The notes under the pieces: generated by a model | Database searches by the model: none | The model's input: the letters and a program-made list of their open reading frames with translations, nothing else | Told to the model about the DNA's origin: nothing | Translations under genes and position numbers: made by a program | In this document: positions 29,000 to 37,890 of the stretch, piece by piece | Position numbering within the stretch: the first letter of the stretch is position 1 | How the letters are laid out: the number at the start of each line of letters is the position of its first letter | Virus record (IMG/VR): IMGVR_UViG_3300020391_000003 | Coordinates: 120,325 to 184,324 of that record | Reading direction: 5' to 3' (one strand) | Origin: a virus | Length of the DNA stretch: 64,000 bases

Positions 29000-30013
29000 A
29001 TGAATGATAAAACTGGAGAATTATTAACTGAAAACATCGCGGGAGTAAATAGAATTTTACCTCATAAACATAAATTTGCATGGGATCTATTTTTAAAAAG
29101 CTGTGCAAACAATTGGATGCCTACCGAAATAAGTATGCAAAATGATATTAAACAATGGAAAAATGATGAAATTACGGAAGATGAAAAACTTCTTGTTAAA
29201 CGCTGTCTTGGATTTTTTGCTGGAAGCGAGTCTTTGGTTGGCAATAATTTGTTATTATCAGCCTTTCGCTATATTACAGATGCTGAGTGTCGCCAATATA
29301 TATTGCGTCAAGCATTTGAAGAGAGTCTACACAACCTCACCGTAGTATATGTCTGCGATAGCTTGGATTTAGATATTGAAGAAGTTTTCGCTGCTTATGA
29401 AACGATTCCGAGCATTAAAGCCAAAGACGACTTTCTTATGGAAATTACAAATGATCTTAGTCGTCAAGATTTTAAGCCTCACACAAAAGAAGGAAAGCAA
29501 GAAATACTAAGAAACTTTTTAACGTATTGGATAGTATGTGAAGGAACTTTCTTTTTTAGTGGATTTGCTATGCTATTAGCACTAGGCAGGCAAAATAAAT
29601 TGCAAGGAATATCAGATCAAATTAAGTATACATTGAGGGACGAAAGTTCTCATATTTCATTTGGAACATATTTAATAAATACAATGATCGAGCAAGATCC
29701 TTCTATATGGACAAAAGAAATTCAAGAAGAATTTGTTGAGCATATGAAAAAAGCTGTTGAATTAGAAATTGCATACGCTCACGATGTTTTACCAACGGGT
29801 ATTCTTGGATTAAATGCTGATATGTTCGTAGATTACATGCATTATATTGGTAATCGAAGACTAGAAGGTATTGGGCTAGATTACAGATTTCCCAGTGACA
29901 AAAATCCCTTTCCTTGGTTAAGTGAAGTCGTAGACGTTCAAGCTATGGGCAACTTCTTCGAAAGAAGAGTAAGAGAGTATCAGCAAAGTGGGTCTTTAGA
30001 AGATGACTTTTAA
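29000..30013 (+). CDS. nrdB: Ribonucleotide reductase beta subunit, class Ic (R2c)-type
   Basis: E77; E108xxH111; EGTFFFSGF; DESSH; Val115 at the radical-Tyr position. Confidence 0.9.
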   Translation: MNDKTGELLTENIAGVNRILPHKHKFAWDLFLKSCANNWMPTEISMQNDIKQWKNDEITEDEKLLVKRCLGFFAGSESLVGNNLLLSAFRYITDAECRQYILRQAFEESLHNLTVVYVCDSLDLDIEEVFAAYETIPSIKAKDDFLMEITNDLSRQDFKPHTKEGKQEILRNFLTYWIVCEGTFFFSGFAMLLALGRQNKLQGISDQIKYTLRDESSHISFGTYLINTMIEQDPSIWTKEIQEEFVEHMKKAVELEIAYAHDVLPTGILGLNADMFVDYMHYIGNRRLEGIGLDYRFPSDKNPFPWLSEVVDVQAMGNFFERRVREYQQSGSLEDDF

Positions 30014-30043
30014 CGGGTTGATAAATTAATTAATTATTAACAC

Positions 30044-30068
30044 AACAGCCCCAAGGGGCTGTTTTTTT
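30044..30068. terminator. Terminator between the convergent nrdB and DUF1501 genes
   Basis: AACAGCCCC-AA-GGGGCTGTT hairpin plus T tract. Confidence 0.85.
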
Positions 30069-31332
30069 ATGTCAAGATATCCAAGATTGGTGGCTCGCCA
30101 TTTGAAACTTTAAAAGGTCTTCCGCTAGGAGAGTATGTAATTTTTTCAATACTCAATCCCATAGCGTAAGCAATTGTTGCATTAATTGATGGAACATCAA
30201 CTCCTTTTTCTTCAACGTAATGTGCCCGCTTATCAGATTTACCATGAACATAACCTTGCTTAATTCCGCCTCCAGCAAAAAATACGCTGAACGCAGACGG
30301 ATGATGATCTCTTCCAACTCTTCCGGCTTTGATTTCTGGAGTTCTTCCAAATTCACTTGCTACAACAACCATTGTATCTGAAAGCATACCTCTGCGATCA
30401 AGATCTGAGAGCAAGGTCGAAAGTCCATCATCTAAAACTTTTGCTTTGTTTTCTAATCCGCCAAAAACATCATTATGCATGTCCCATCCTCCATACGATA
30501 CTTCTACAAAACGCACTTTGTTTTCTATAAGTCTTCGAGCTAAAAGACAACCTTGACCAAAATTGTTTTGTCCATATTCTTCTCTTAATGCTTCTGGCTC
30601 GTGAGTAAGGTCAAATGCTTCGAGGTCTTTACTTTTCATAAGTTTTATTGCATCGTCATATAAATCAGAATAAGCTCTAACTTGTTTTTGAGGAAATTGC
30701 CTAGTAAAACCTTCGTTTAAAATACTTGATGCATCTAGTCTGTCTTTATACATATCTTCTTGTACATATCCTGATTTTTTTACGTTTTGTATGCCAGCAT
30801 CTGGGTTTCCAAGAGGCAGTGGGCCGTGCTTACTTTCGAAATATCCCGCGCCAATAATTCCACTTCCGCCATTGATTTTAACATTATCTGGAAGGCTGTG
30901 ATTTAATTTTCCACATAATTTACTAATCCAGCTGCCCATGCTTGGGTGAATAATTGTGCCACGCTTTTGATAACTTGTATGCAAAAGATAGTTTGCTTGT
31001 TCATGTGCCCCTTGATTGCTATTTACCGATCGAACTAACGACGCTAAGTGCATTTGTTGCGCTGTTCTAGGAAGCCAGCTGCCAATCTGAATGCCATCTG
31101 CAGAAGTATTTATTGCCGTAGTTTCACCCATAACCTCTTTGTTTTCTGGCTTTGGGTCAAATGTATCTATGTGAGTCATTCCTCCTGACATATTTAAAAA
31201 TATAACGTGCCTAGCAGTAGGGACTCGTTCTGTGCGGGCGATTAAATCTTGTCCATATATTAGAGCGTTTACTCCGAGGTATGCTTTGGCAATATTTTGC
31301 GCAAATTGTCTTCTAGTTAATTCATCGTTCAT
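30067..31332 (-). CDS. DUF1501-family protein with a Tat-like signal
   Basis: TRRQF twin-Arg; VIFLNMSGGMTHIDTFDPK, GQGCLLARRLIE..VRFVEV, GGWDMH, EFGRTP, GRDH. Confidence 0.9.
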   Translation of the reverse strand: MNDELTRRQFAQNIAKAYLGVNALIYGQDLIARTERVPTARHVIFLNMSGGMTHIDTFDPKPENKEVMGETTAINTSADGIQIGSWLPRTAQQMHLASLVRSVNSNQGAHEQANYLLHTSYQKRGTIIHPSMGSWISKLCGKLNHSLPDNVKINGGSGIIGAGYFESKHGPLPLGNPDAGIQNVKKSGYVQEDMYKDRLDASSILNEGFTRQFPQKQVRAYSDLYDDAIKLMKSKDLEAFDLTHEPEALREEYGQNNFGQGCLLARRLIENKVRFVEVSYGGWDMHNDVFGGLENKAKVLDDGLSTLLSDLDRRGMLSDTMVVVASEFGRTPEIKAGRVGRDHHPSAFSVFFAGGGIKQGYVHGKSDKRAHYVEEKGVDVPSINATIAYAMGLSIEKITYSPSGRPFKVSNGEPPILDILT

Positions 31333-31352
31333 AATAATTATTTGTTTACACT

Positions 31353-33401
31353 TTACTTGATAAAAATAAATTCATGGCTATTTAATAGTATCCATGATAC
31401 ATGTTTGAATCCATCTTTTTCATCAATAAATTTTGTTAATAAATTTGATTCACTAGTTTTAGGTTTTCTAGATAAAATCGATAAAAATGCATTTTCTACT
31501 TGTTTTGTTTTTGTTTTTTCTGATTGCATTAATTCTATAAAATCTGCATCTTTTTTGTTCAATATATTTGTTTCTACAAATCCATTTAAAAGATTAAGTA
31601 CTTGTGTTGTATTTGGCTCTGAATTGCTATTATCTATTTGCTCTTTATCACTACCACCAAACTGCCTTATTAAGTGTCCTCCTGGAGCTGGATAAGAAAG
31701 ATAGCTGCTTCTAACAAGGTTGCGATCCTTTACCTTGACTTTTTCATATTCAAGGCCCGAAGCTTTTTCAATTAAACTAACAAAGTTTCTGCTGTTTGGG
31801 TTTTCATCTGCAAGGGCTTTGATGTCTTGATAGATTTCCGGGCCAGTCATGTCTTTATATCTTTTGTATATAATAGAATAGTCTTGTTGATTTTGCATGT
31901 GAATTCTAGATTGACTGTCTATATCATTATAAACTAAAGTTACCAAAGAATCCCAGAGTTGCTCTCCTGTCATTCTTCTCAATATAGGACCTTCAAAATT
32001 ATAGTCTTCCAAGCTTTTGTAATCTTCTTTTTTACTTTCTCTTTGAAACAATCTAGTATTCAAAAGAATTCTTTGGTATTCTTTCAAGTCATAATTCACA
32101 CTAACCATTAATCTTTCCAGATATTTCATCAGCTTTTCGTTGCTAGCCAAAGTATCATCCATCATCGAATCAATAGGTTCTATAAGGCCAGCACCAAAAA
32201 TATGTTTCCATATTCTGTTTGCAATCATTGTTGTAAATCTAGGATTATCTTTACTTGTCATCCAGTTCGCAAAAACTTTTCTACTATTACCTTCTATTTT
32301 TTCAATCGGCTTGGGGGTAAATATAGCTTTTGCTAAAACAGTATCTCCTGGATTAGCATTATCTTCCGCAAAATCTACAGGCAATTTTATTGTTCCTGTG
32401 CCATTATTTTCTATTCCAAACTGTATAGAATCTCTTATTTGATTTCGCCAATTATTAAATGTTCCAGCTCGAGGATCAGCGTCACTATCAATACTTCGAC
32501 TTAAATCATTTATAACCTTACCTTCTTTTCTTAATCTAACATTACCAATACCAGAAGTAAATGCTGTCATTTCATAAAATTCTTTTTGTGTCCATCGATC
32601 AAAAGGATGATCGTGGCACATCGCGCACTCTAGTTGGGTTCCCAAGAAAATTCTAACTGTATGAGAAAGATTATCTGCTTGCATGCCTCTATCTCTTAAA
32701 TAATAACTTATGGCTTCTCCGCCATCATATAGCTTACCAGTGCTTCCTAATAACTCTTTTACAATTTGATCATATGTTTTGTTTGCAGTTATTGCTTCTC
32801 TTAGCCACTTGCGATAAACAATACCCACACTAATATTGGTTCCATTTATTCCGTCTTTAATTCGCAACATATCGCTCCACCAGTTTAATTGATGATTTAC
32901 ATAACCACTTGAATTTAAAAGTTTTTGAATTAACTTATCTTTTCTATCTCTGTCATTATCATCAGTAAATTCAATCACTTCTTTGTGAGTTGGTATTCTG
33001 CCTATAGTTGTTAAATACAATCTTCTTGTATAAGTATACTCGTCTAATTCTTTTGTTTTTTGTAATCTTTTTGAACGTAAATTTTGATCTATAAGCGTGT
33101 CTATATAGCTAGAGTACTGTTTTAGGGTTTTAGTATCAAGAGGCGTTTTAAGTGGCGGTATGGAGCTGTATCGACCTTCTGAGTAGTAAAGTTCTATTTG
33201 CTTTTGAGAGTCTTTTGTTAGAAGCTCTGTTTTAATTCTAAATTGTTGCAAATCTGAAGATCTTTTTAATAAAACATGTGTTGTATTAGCTTCTATAATT
33301 TCTGCGTCTAATGATTTGCCGTTATTAAAATAAAGCTTACTTGCTAAGGTTATTGGCGCTGTTACCAATAAAACAAATAGTATAAATATAAATTTTTTCA
33401 T
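31353..33401 (-). CDS. DUF1549/DUF1553 (PSCyt2/PSD1) domain protein
   Basis: Signal peptide; RRLYL..GRIPT, FLGTQLECAMCHDHPFDRWTQKEFY, NPRF..ANRIW..FG.GL, RRMTGEQLWDS, WILLNSHEF. Confidence 0.9.
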   Translation of the reverse strand: MKKFIFILFVLLVTAPITLASKLYFNNGKSLDAEIIEANTTHVLLKRSSDLQQFRIKTELLTKDSQKQIELYYSEGRYSSIPPLKTPLDTKTLKQYSSYIDTLIDQNLRSKRLQKTKELDEYTYTRRLYLTTIGRIPTHKEVIEFTDDNDRDRKDKLIQKLLNSSGYVNHQLNWWSDMLRIKDGINGTNISVGIVYRKWLREAITANKTYDQIVKELLGSTGKLYDGGEAISYYLRDRGMQADNLSHTVRIFLGTQLECAMCHDHPFDRWTQKEFYEMTAFTSGIGNVRLRKEGKVINDLSRSIDSDADPRAGTFNNWRNQIRDSIQFGIENNGTGTIKLPVDFAEDNANPGDTVLAKAIFTPKPIEKIEGNSRKVFANWMTSKDNPRFTTMIANRIWKHIFGAGLIEPIDSMMDDTLASNEKLMKYLERLMVSVNYDLKEYQRILLNTRLFQRESKKEDYKSLEDYNFEGPILRRMTGEQLWDSLVTLVYNDIDSQSRIHMQNQQDYSIIYKRYKDMTGPEIYQDIKALADENPNSRNFVSLIEKASGLEYEKVKVKDRNLVRSSYLSYPAPGGHLIRQFGGSDKEQIDNSNSEPNTTQVLNLLNGFVETNILNKKDADFIELMQSEKTKTKQVENAFLSILSRKPKTSESNLLTKFIDEKDGFKHVSWILLNSHEFIFIK

Positions 33402-33484
33402 AAAAAAACCGCATTAAATAATAAACAACCTATGCCAAGAATCAATAAAAACTCTAATAAGAAAAAAAGATTTGATGTATTCAT
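33398..33484 (-). CDS. Possible 28-aa hydrophobic peptide (MNTSNLFFLLEFLLILGIGCLLFNAVFL)
   Basis: Translated by hand; ATGA-coupled to the DUF1549/1553 gene. Confidence 0.35.
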   Translation of the reverse strand: MNTSNLFFLLEFLLILGIGCLLFNAVFL

Positions 33485-33487
33485 TAT

Positions 33488-33516
33488 AGTATATACTAAT
33501 ATTAATATCTTGTCAA
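33488..33516 (-). promoter_or_regulatory. sigma70-like promoter for the DUF1549/1553-DUF1501 pair
   Basis: TTGACA, 17 nt, TATACT. Confidence 0.7.
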
Positions 33517-33529
33517 TCAAAAATTACAC

Positions 33530-33554
33530 AAAAAAACCGCATTTAAGCGGTTTT
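33530..33554 (-). terminator. Terminator after hsp20
   Basis: AAAACCGC-TTAAAT-GCGGTTTT hairpin with T run on the minus strand. Confidence 0.8.
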
Positions 33555-33575
33555 GTGGCAGAAGCAATATTATAA

Positions 33576-33977
33576 TTAATTGATTTTAATTCTGCTTTTT
33601 GGTGAAGATTTTTTTCGTTTTATACTTATTTCAAGTATTCCATTATTCATGGATGCCTCAATATTTTTATCATCTAAATCTTTAGATAATTTAAATTTAT
33701 TATAAAAACCATCTTTGAAAATTTGTTGATGAACAAAAGATTGATCTTCTTCAGCTCCATCATATGAAACTTCTAAAATGCCATCTTTAACATTAATATC
33801 AATATCTTCTTTATTTATTCCAGGAGCTTGTAAATGTATTTCTATATGCTTATCATCTGAAAGTATATTTGATGGAGCAGGAACATTATCAAAACTTTTT
33901 CCGCTAAAAATAGAATCAATTAAATTATCCCATGAATTAACATGGCCGTTATTTGTATTTTTGTAGTAATATGTCAT
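33576..33977 (-). CDS. Small heat-shock protein (Hsp20/alpha-crystallin)
   Basis: PGINKEDIDINVKDGILEV, F...F.L, IEASMNNGILEISI; probable start MTYYYK at 33977. Confidence 0.9.
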   Translation of the reverse strand: MTYYYKNTNNGHVNSWDNLIDSIFSGKSFDNVPAPSNILSDDKHIEIHLQAPGINKEDIDINVKDGILEVSYDGAEEDQSFVHQQIFKDGFYNKFKLSKDLDDKNIEASMNNGILEISIKRKKSSPKSRIKIN

Positions 33978-33988
33978 GTATATTAACT

Positions 33989-34005
33989 TGCATATAGTGT
34001 GCCAA
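33989..34005 (-). promoter_or_regulatory. sigma54-like -24/-12 promoter upstream of hsp20
   Basis: TTGGCAC-ACTAT-ATGCA with GG-N10-GC spacing; ATG 12 nt after the GC. Confidence 0.65.
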
Positions 34006-34605
34006 TTATTTTCTAAATAAAAAAGGTTCCCACTCTGGTCTATGTTTTTGCATAGGATCAAAGAAAGGGTAAGGGTTTGAGGGAGACAGCTCATGTCCTT
34101 TACAATTTTTATAAGGATATATAGCCGCTTTCTTTGAATTACACGGTTGACATGTAAGAGTGACATTATGACTCTCGTTTGTACCGCCTTTGCTTTTTGG
34201 GTAAATATGTTCAATTGTCATTTGCTTCATGTCAAACTTTTCTCCGCAAATTTGACACCTGCCTCGATATCTTTTATAGAGATACCTTAAATTTGGTTTT
34301 GCTTTTGTTTGATGTATCCATTTGCAAGTTGTAAGCAATATAGTCGGAACTGGATATTTAAAATTATAAGATTTTATATGCGGTTGATTGGGATAATAAT
34401 TTGAACGCTCTGGATTAATCCAACTTTCCCAAGAAAGAGGTTCTCCGCCGTATGAAAGCGCAAAGACGGATTTTGTTCTTAAGGAATCTGATCCGCAAGA
34501 TATTAGTTTTCTAATACCTTCTCTGGCGGTAGTAATATTTATTGGAGTCCAAAAGTGAGATAAAATTAATACTATTTGATTTTTTGCACAAAAAAGCTCA
34601 CTCAC
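34006..34605 (-). CDS. HNH endonuclease (McrA-like)
   Basis: CQICG..TIEHIYPKSKGG...NVTLTCQPCNSKK; start uncertain. Confidence 0.85.
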   Translation of the reverse strand: MSELFCAKNQIVLILSHFWTPINITTAREGIRKLISCGSDSLRTKSVFALSYGGEPLSWESWINPERSNYYPNQPHIKSYNFKYPVPTILLTTCKWIHQTKAKPNLRYLYKRYRGRCQICGEKFDMKQMTIEHIYPKSKGGTNESHNVTLTCQPCNSKKAAIYPYKNCKGHELSPSNPYPFFDPMQKHRPEWEPFLFRK

Positions 34606-34819
34606 TTTGATTAGCTTGAAGGTTTGATACGTCAACCTGAATACCGGAAATTTCCGATTGTATATTTTCTATTTGTGATGTAGAGTTTATATTCTCAGTG
34701 GTAATAATTAAATGATCATTTATATACAATTGTCCACTAATTTGCCTTAAAATAATTTCATTGCCAGACGGCGAGTCGGGCGATAACTTCATTGAGTCTA
34801 TTACAATATTGCGCGCCAT
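34598..34819 (-). CDS. Small fibre-like hypothetical protein
   Basis: 73 aa with C-terminal heptads IQSEISGIQVDVSNLQ. Confidence 0.55.
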   Translation of the reverse strand: MARNIVIDSMKLSPDSPSGNEIILRQISGQLYINDHLIITTENINSTSQIENIQSEISGIQVDVSNLQANQSE

Positions 34820-34849
34820 AAGGTAGTTGTAATATACTGGGCTTGTGTT

Positions 34850-36358
34850 TTAACTTTTACTTTTTTCTTCGGATTTTTTCTTATCCAAAATTTCTTTGTG
34901 CTTTTCCATAAAAACTTTATGGCTAGGTCCTGCCATATATAACGTCTTACCGTTTTTATCTTTGAGGGTATGAAAACCTTGCAAGCCAAGTTTTTTTGCG
35001 TCCTTAAGAGCTTCTTCTTTTGTTTCAAAATAATGTTTCATGGGGTCAGGATTACCTTGAGCTCTTTTTAAAGCTTCTTTTGTGGGCCTATCTTTATCTC
35101 CAGGCTTTGCTGGTCGATAGTTTTTGCCCATACGTTTTTTCTTTTTGCGAATATTTTCCCAAAGACTTGAGTAAGATTTTTTCTTTTTCTTTTTGTCTTT
35201 ATCTTTTTCGTGATGACCAGATTCGGACTCTTTCATTTCTTCGCCTTGCTTTTTTAAAATTGCTTCTTGCAATGGCTTGGGAAGTTTCTTTTGTTTTTCG
35301 GTTAAACCAGCTTTACTTTTTTCATACAATGAGCTTTTCATTTTTTTGTATTGAATTGCGCAAGCTGCATAAGTTTTATCTTTATCCATTCCAGCGGTAT
35401 TAACTAAATCATCATCATATTTTGCACAATGATGCATAAATGCCTTTTCCATGTAGTCCATAGAACTTGCTTCAGATTCTTCAGTTTCTTTGTGATCTTC
35501 TCCCTTGGTCATTTTTGTTACGCTTTTCTTTGACCACATTTTGCAGCTCCAATAACGTGCTTTTGTTTTGGGTCCGGGATTTTCACAATTATGTCTAGCT
35601 CTAAAGTTCTTGCGACGATTTGGATCATCGCGTTTAATTTCCATGTTCGGATCTCCAAAATTTACTTTTACTACATTGCCCTTTTCATTTTTGACATAAA
35701 CAGAAAACTTTTTTGGACCGCCTGGAGTTCTAAATGGTTTATTGAGTTTTTTACCTTTGTTGGCTTCAGCCGCCCAACTTTCTTCATCAACATACTCTTC
35801 AAAACCTAATTCGTCAACGTCCGAAAAAATTTCGCTCCACATTTCTTCGGTGAAGTCTGGGTCTTCTTGTAATTGGTCGTTATAAATATCAAGCTTAGCT
35901 TGAATAAAATCTTCTTCAGTCAAAAAGTTTTCTTCTCTAATACCGTCATCGATAATTACATTGGCACTAGCTTTAGCGATATCTTGGTCAGCTTTTCTGT
36001 AGCTATCTTTTACTTTACCACCACGCACCATTTTAAGAAATGTATTAACTCTTGCCATAGCCCATTGACCTCTTGATTTTCCTGGCCTGTGACTGGATGA
36101 AAATGCTCCAGCTCCTCTGCGATAAACTTTTTTAAGCTGTGAAAGAGTAACTTTTTTACTATACTTAGAGTTATGTTCTTTTACTTTATTTTTTAAAGAC
36201 TCTAAAACTTTGGCTGAAAAATTAATTTTACCACCTTTTTGGCCAGCACTACCTGGCTTATTTTTAGAGGAGCCTTTTTTACGTTCTGATTTTTTAGCTG
36301 GAGTTTGAGCGGAGCTTTTTGGTCCAGGGCGTTTTGCGGAGCTGTATTTATCTTTCAT
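34850..36358 (-). CDS. Lys-rich multi-module protein, putative head/internal protein
   Basis: Modules YRRGAGAFSSSHRPG..WAMARV and KKFSVYV..KVNFGDP..RRKNFRARH; GTGTA 9 nt upstream. Confidence 0.6.
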   Translation of the reverse strand: MKDKYSSAKRPGPKSSAQTPAKKSERKKGSSKNKPGSAGQKGGKINFSAKVLESLKNKVKEHNSKYSKKVTLSQLKKVYRRGAGAFSSSHRPGKSRGQWAMARVNTFLKMVRGGKVKDSYRKADQDIAKASANVIIDDGIREENFLTEEDFIQAKLDIYNDQLQEDPDFTEEMWSEIFSDVDELGFEEYVDEESWAAEANKGKKLNKPFRTPGGPKKFSVYVKNEKGNVVKVNFGDPNMEIKRDDPNRRKNFRARHNCENPGPKTKARYWSCKMWSKKSVTKMTKGEDHKETEESEASSMDYMEKAFMHHCAKYDDDLVNTAGMDKDKTYAACAIQYKKMKSSLYEKSKAGLTEKQKKLPKPLQEAILKKQGEEMKESESGHHEKDKDKKKKKKSYSSLWENIRKKKKRMGKNYRPAKPGDKDRPTKEALKRAQGNPDPMKHYFETKEEALKDAKKLGLQGFHTLKDKNGKTLYMAGPSHKVFMEKHKEILDKKKSEEKSKS

Positions 36359-36399
36359 GCATTATGTTACACGAAACAGAGGTATTTTATATTATTTTT

Positions 36400-37458
36400 T
36401 TAACTTAGTAATGCATAATCATTGTTATACATCTTTTTAACTAAATCATTAAAGTTTGTTTTTCTTTTCCATCCTAATTCTTTTTCAGCTAAAGATGGAT
36501 CTCCTTGCAATAGTTCAACTTCCGCAGGTCTATAGAATTTTGGATTAATATTCAATAGCTCTAAATCTGTAATATTATTATCCTCTGCAATATAATTTGA
36601 TAAAAACAACTTTTCGTTTATGCCTGATCCTTTCCAATAGCATGGAATGTTTGCTGCCGAAAAACAATTTTCTACAAAACTTCTTATTGAGTGCGTTTGC
36701 CCTGAACTAAGAACATAATCTCTTGGTCCTTTAGAATTATTCATCATCAACCAGATACCTTCCACGAAATCTTCTGCATCTGACCAATCTCTTTTTGCTT
36801 CCAAATTACCAAGAGATAAAGGCTCAAAAGGTTTTTTATTTTCTAGACATTTAACTATTTTAGCGACACCTTTAGATATTTTTCTGGTAACAAATTCTTC
36901 TCCTCTTCTTGTTCCTTCGTGATTGAATAGCCAGCCTTGAACTGCATATATATCGTAAGAATCTCTATAAACTTTTACAAGATGTCTTGCGGAAGCTTTT
37001 GAAGCTCCATAAGGACTTCTTGGTCGAAGTGGATGATTTTCGTCCTGAGGACAATGTATGACATCTCCAAATTCTTCGCTGCTGCCGGCATTATAATACT
37101 TGCAATTTGGGCAATGTTCAGCTATAGAAGTTAACTGATAAAGCACCGACATAGTATTATTTTCCATATGGCTAATAGGCATTGACCAGCTGTTGCCAAC
37201 AAAAGAGTTTGCGGCAAAGTTTAAAAAATAATCTGGTTGTTCTTTAAGAATAACATTAGAAACATTTTGTTGATCTGTTACATCAAGGTCTATCAACTTG
37301 AACCGATTATTATTTTCTAAATGTCTAATATTTTTATGGTTTTGAACGCTTAACCTTCTTATACCTCCTATTATCGTATCTGTGGTATTTTTAAGTAAAT
37401 AATCTACCATGTGACTGCCATCTTGCCCTGTGACTCCTGTGATTATTATTTTTTTCAT
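36400..37458 (-). CDS. gmd: GDP-mannose 4,6-dehydratase
   Basis: ITGVTGQDGS, AGSSEEFG, PRSPYGASK, FNHEG..RG, LGNLEAKRDW, FYRPAEV. Confidence 0.92.
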   Translation of the reverse strand: MKKIIITGVTGQDGSHMVDYLLKNTTDTIIGGIRRLSVQNHKNIRHLENNNRFKLIDLDVTDQQNVSNVILKEQPDYFLNFAANSFVGNSWSMPISHMENNTMSVLYQLTSIAEHCPNCKYYNAGSSEEFGDVIHCPQDENHPLRPRSPYGASKASARHLVKVYRDSYDIYAVQGWLFNHEGTRRGEEFVTRKISKGVAKIVKCLENKKPFEPLSLGNLEAKRDWSDAEDFVEGIWLMMNNSKGPRDYVLSSGQTHSIRSFVENCFSAANIPCYWKGSGINEKLFLSNYIAEDNNITDLELLNINPKFYRPAEVELLQGDPSLAEKELGWKRKTNFNDLVKKMYNNDYALLS

Positions 37459-37889
37459 TTTAATATGTCTGGATTTTGTTTAATTGTTTGTTTTGCGATC
37501 AAATCTTTTAATCGAGTAGTAGACCACTCATGTGAGCGAGTGGTGTATATAACTTTAGGAGGAAGATCATCTCCTGTGAAGCTTTTGCCAATGTAATCTT
37601 CTCCAAGTATACGAACATCAGGTTTCCAAAATTTTATTAAATCAACAAGCTCTTCTTCTGTTTGATACATGTATACTTCGTCGATATATTTTATAGCCAT
37701 TAATGCTTTGTATCGTTCGTAGTACGGTATAACAGGTTTGTATTTTGTGAATCGCGTGGCACTTGGGTCTTTCTGTAAAAAAATTAAAAAACGATCACAA
37801 TGTCGTTTCGCCTCCTCAAAAGTATAAATGTAACCTGGATGCAATAAATCAAAATTGCCTGCCGTGAATCCTACTATTTCTTTATTCAT
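37455..37889 (-). CDS. Cytidylyltransferase-like (HxGH family) nucleotidyltransferase
   Basis: AGNFDLLHPGY, ER..L.AIKYIDEV, ILGEDY, STT; probable start MNKEIV at 37889. Confidence 0.8.
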   Translation of the reverse strand: MNKEIVGFTAGNFDLLHPGYIYTFEEAKRHCDRFLIFLQKDPSATRFTKYKPVIPYYERYKALMAIKYIDEVYMYQTEEELVDLIKFWKPDVRILGEDYIGKSFTGDDLPPKVIYTTRSHEWSTTRLKDLIAKQTIKQNPDILK

Positions 37890-37890
37890 T

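Noticed and set aside
30067-33401. Window being a bacterial chromosome segment or prophage boundary
   Set aside because: Host-like genes are interleaved with virion and replication genes, show no obvious compositional break and share the GTGTA motif; no integrase, att site or housekeeping operon seen
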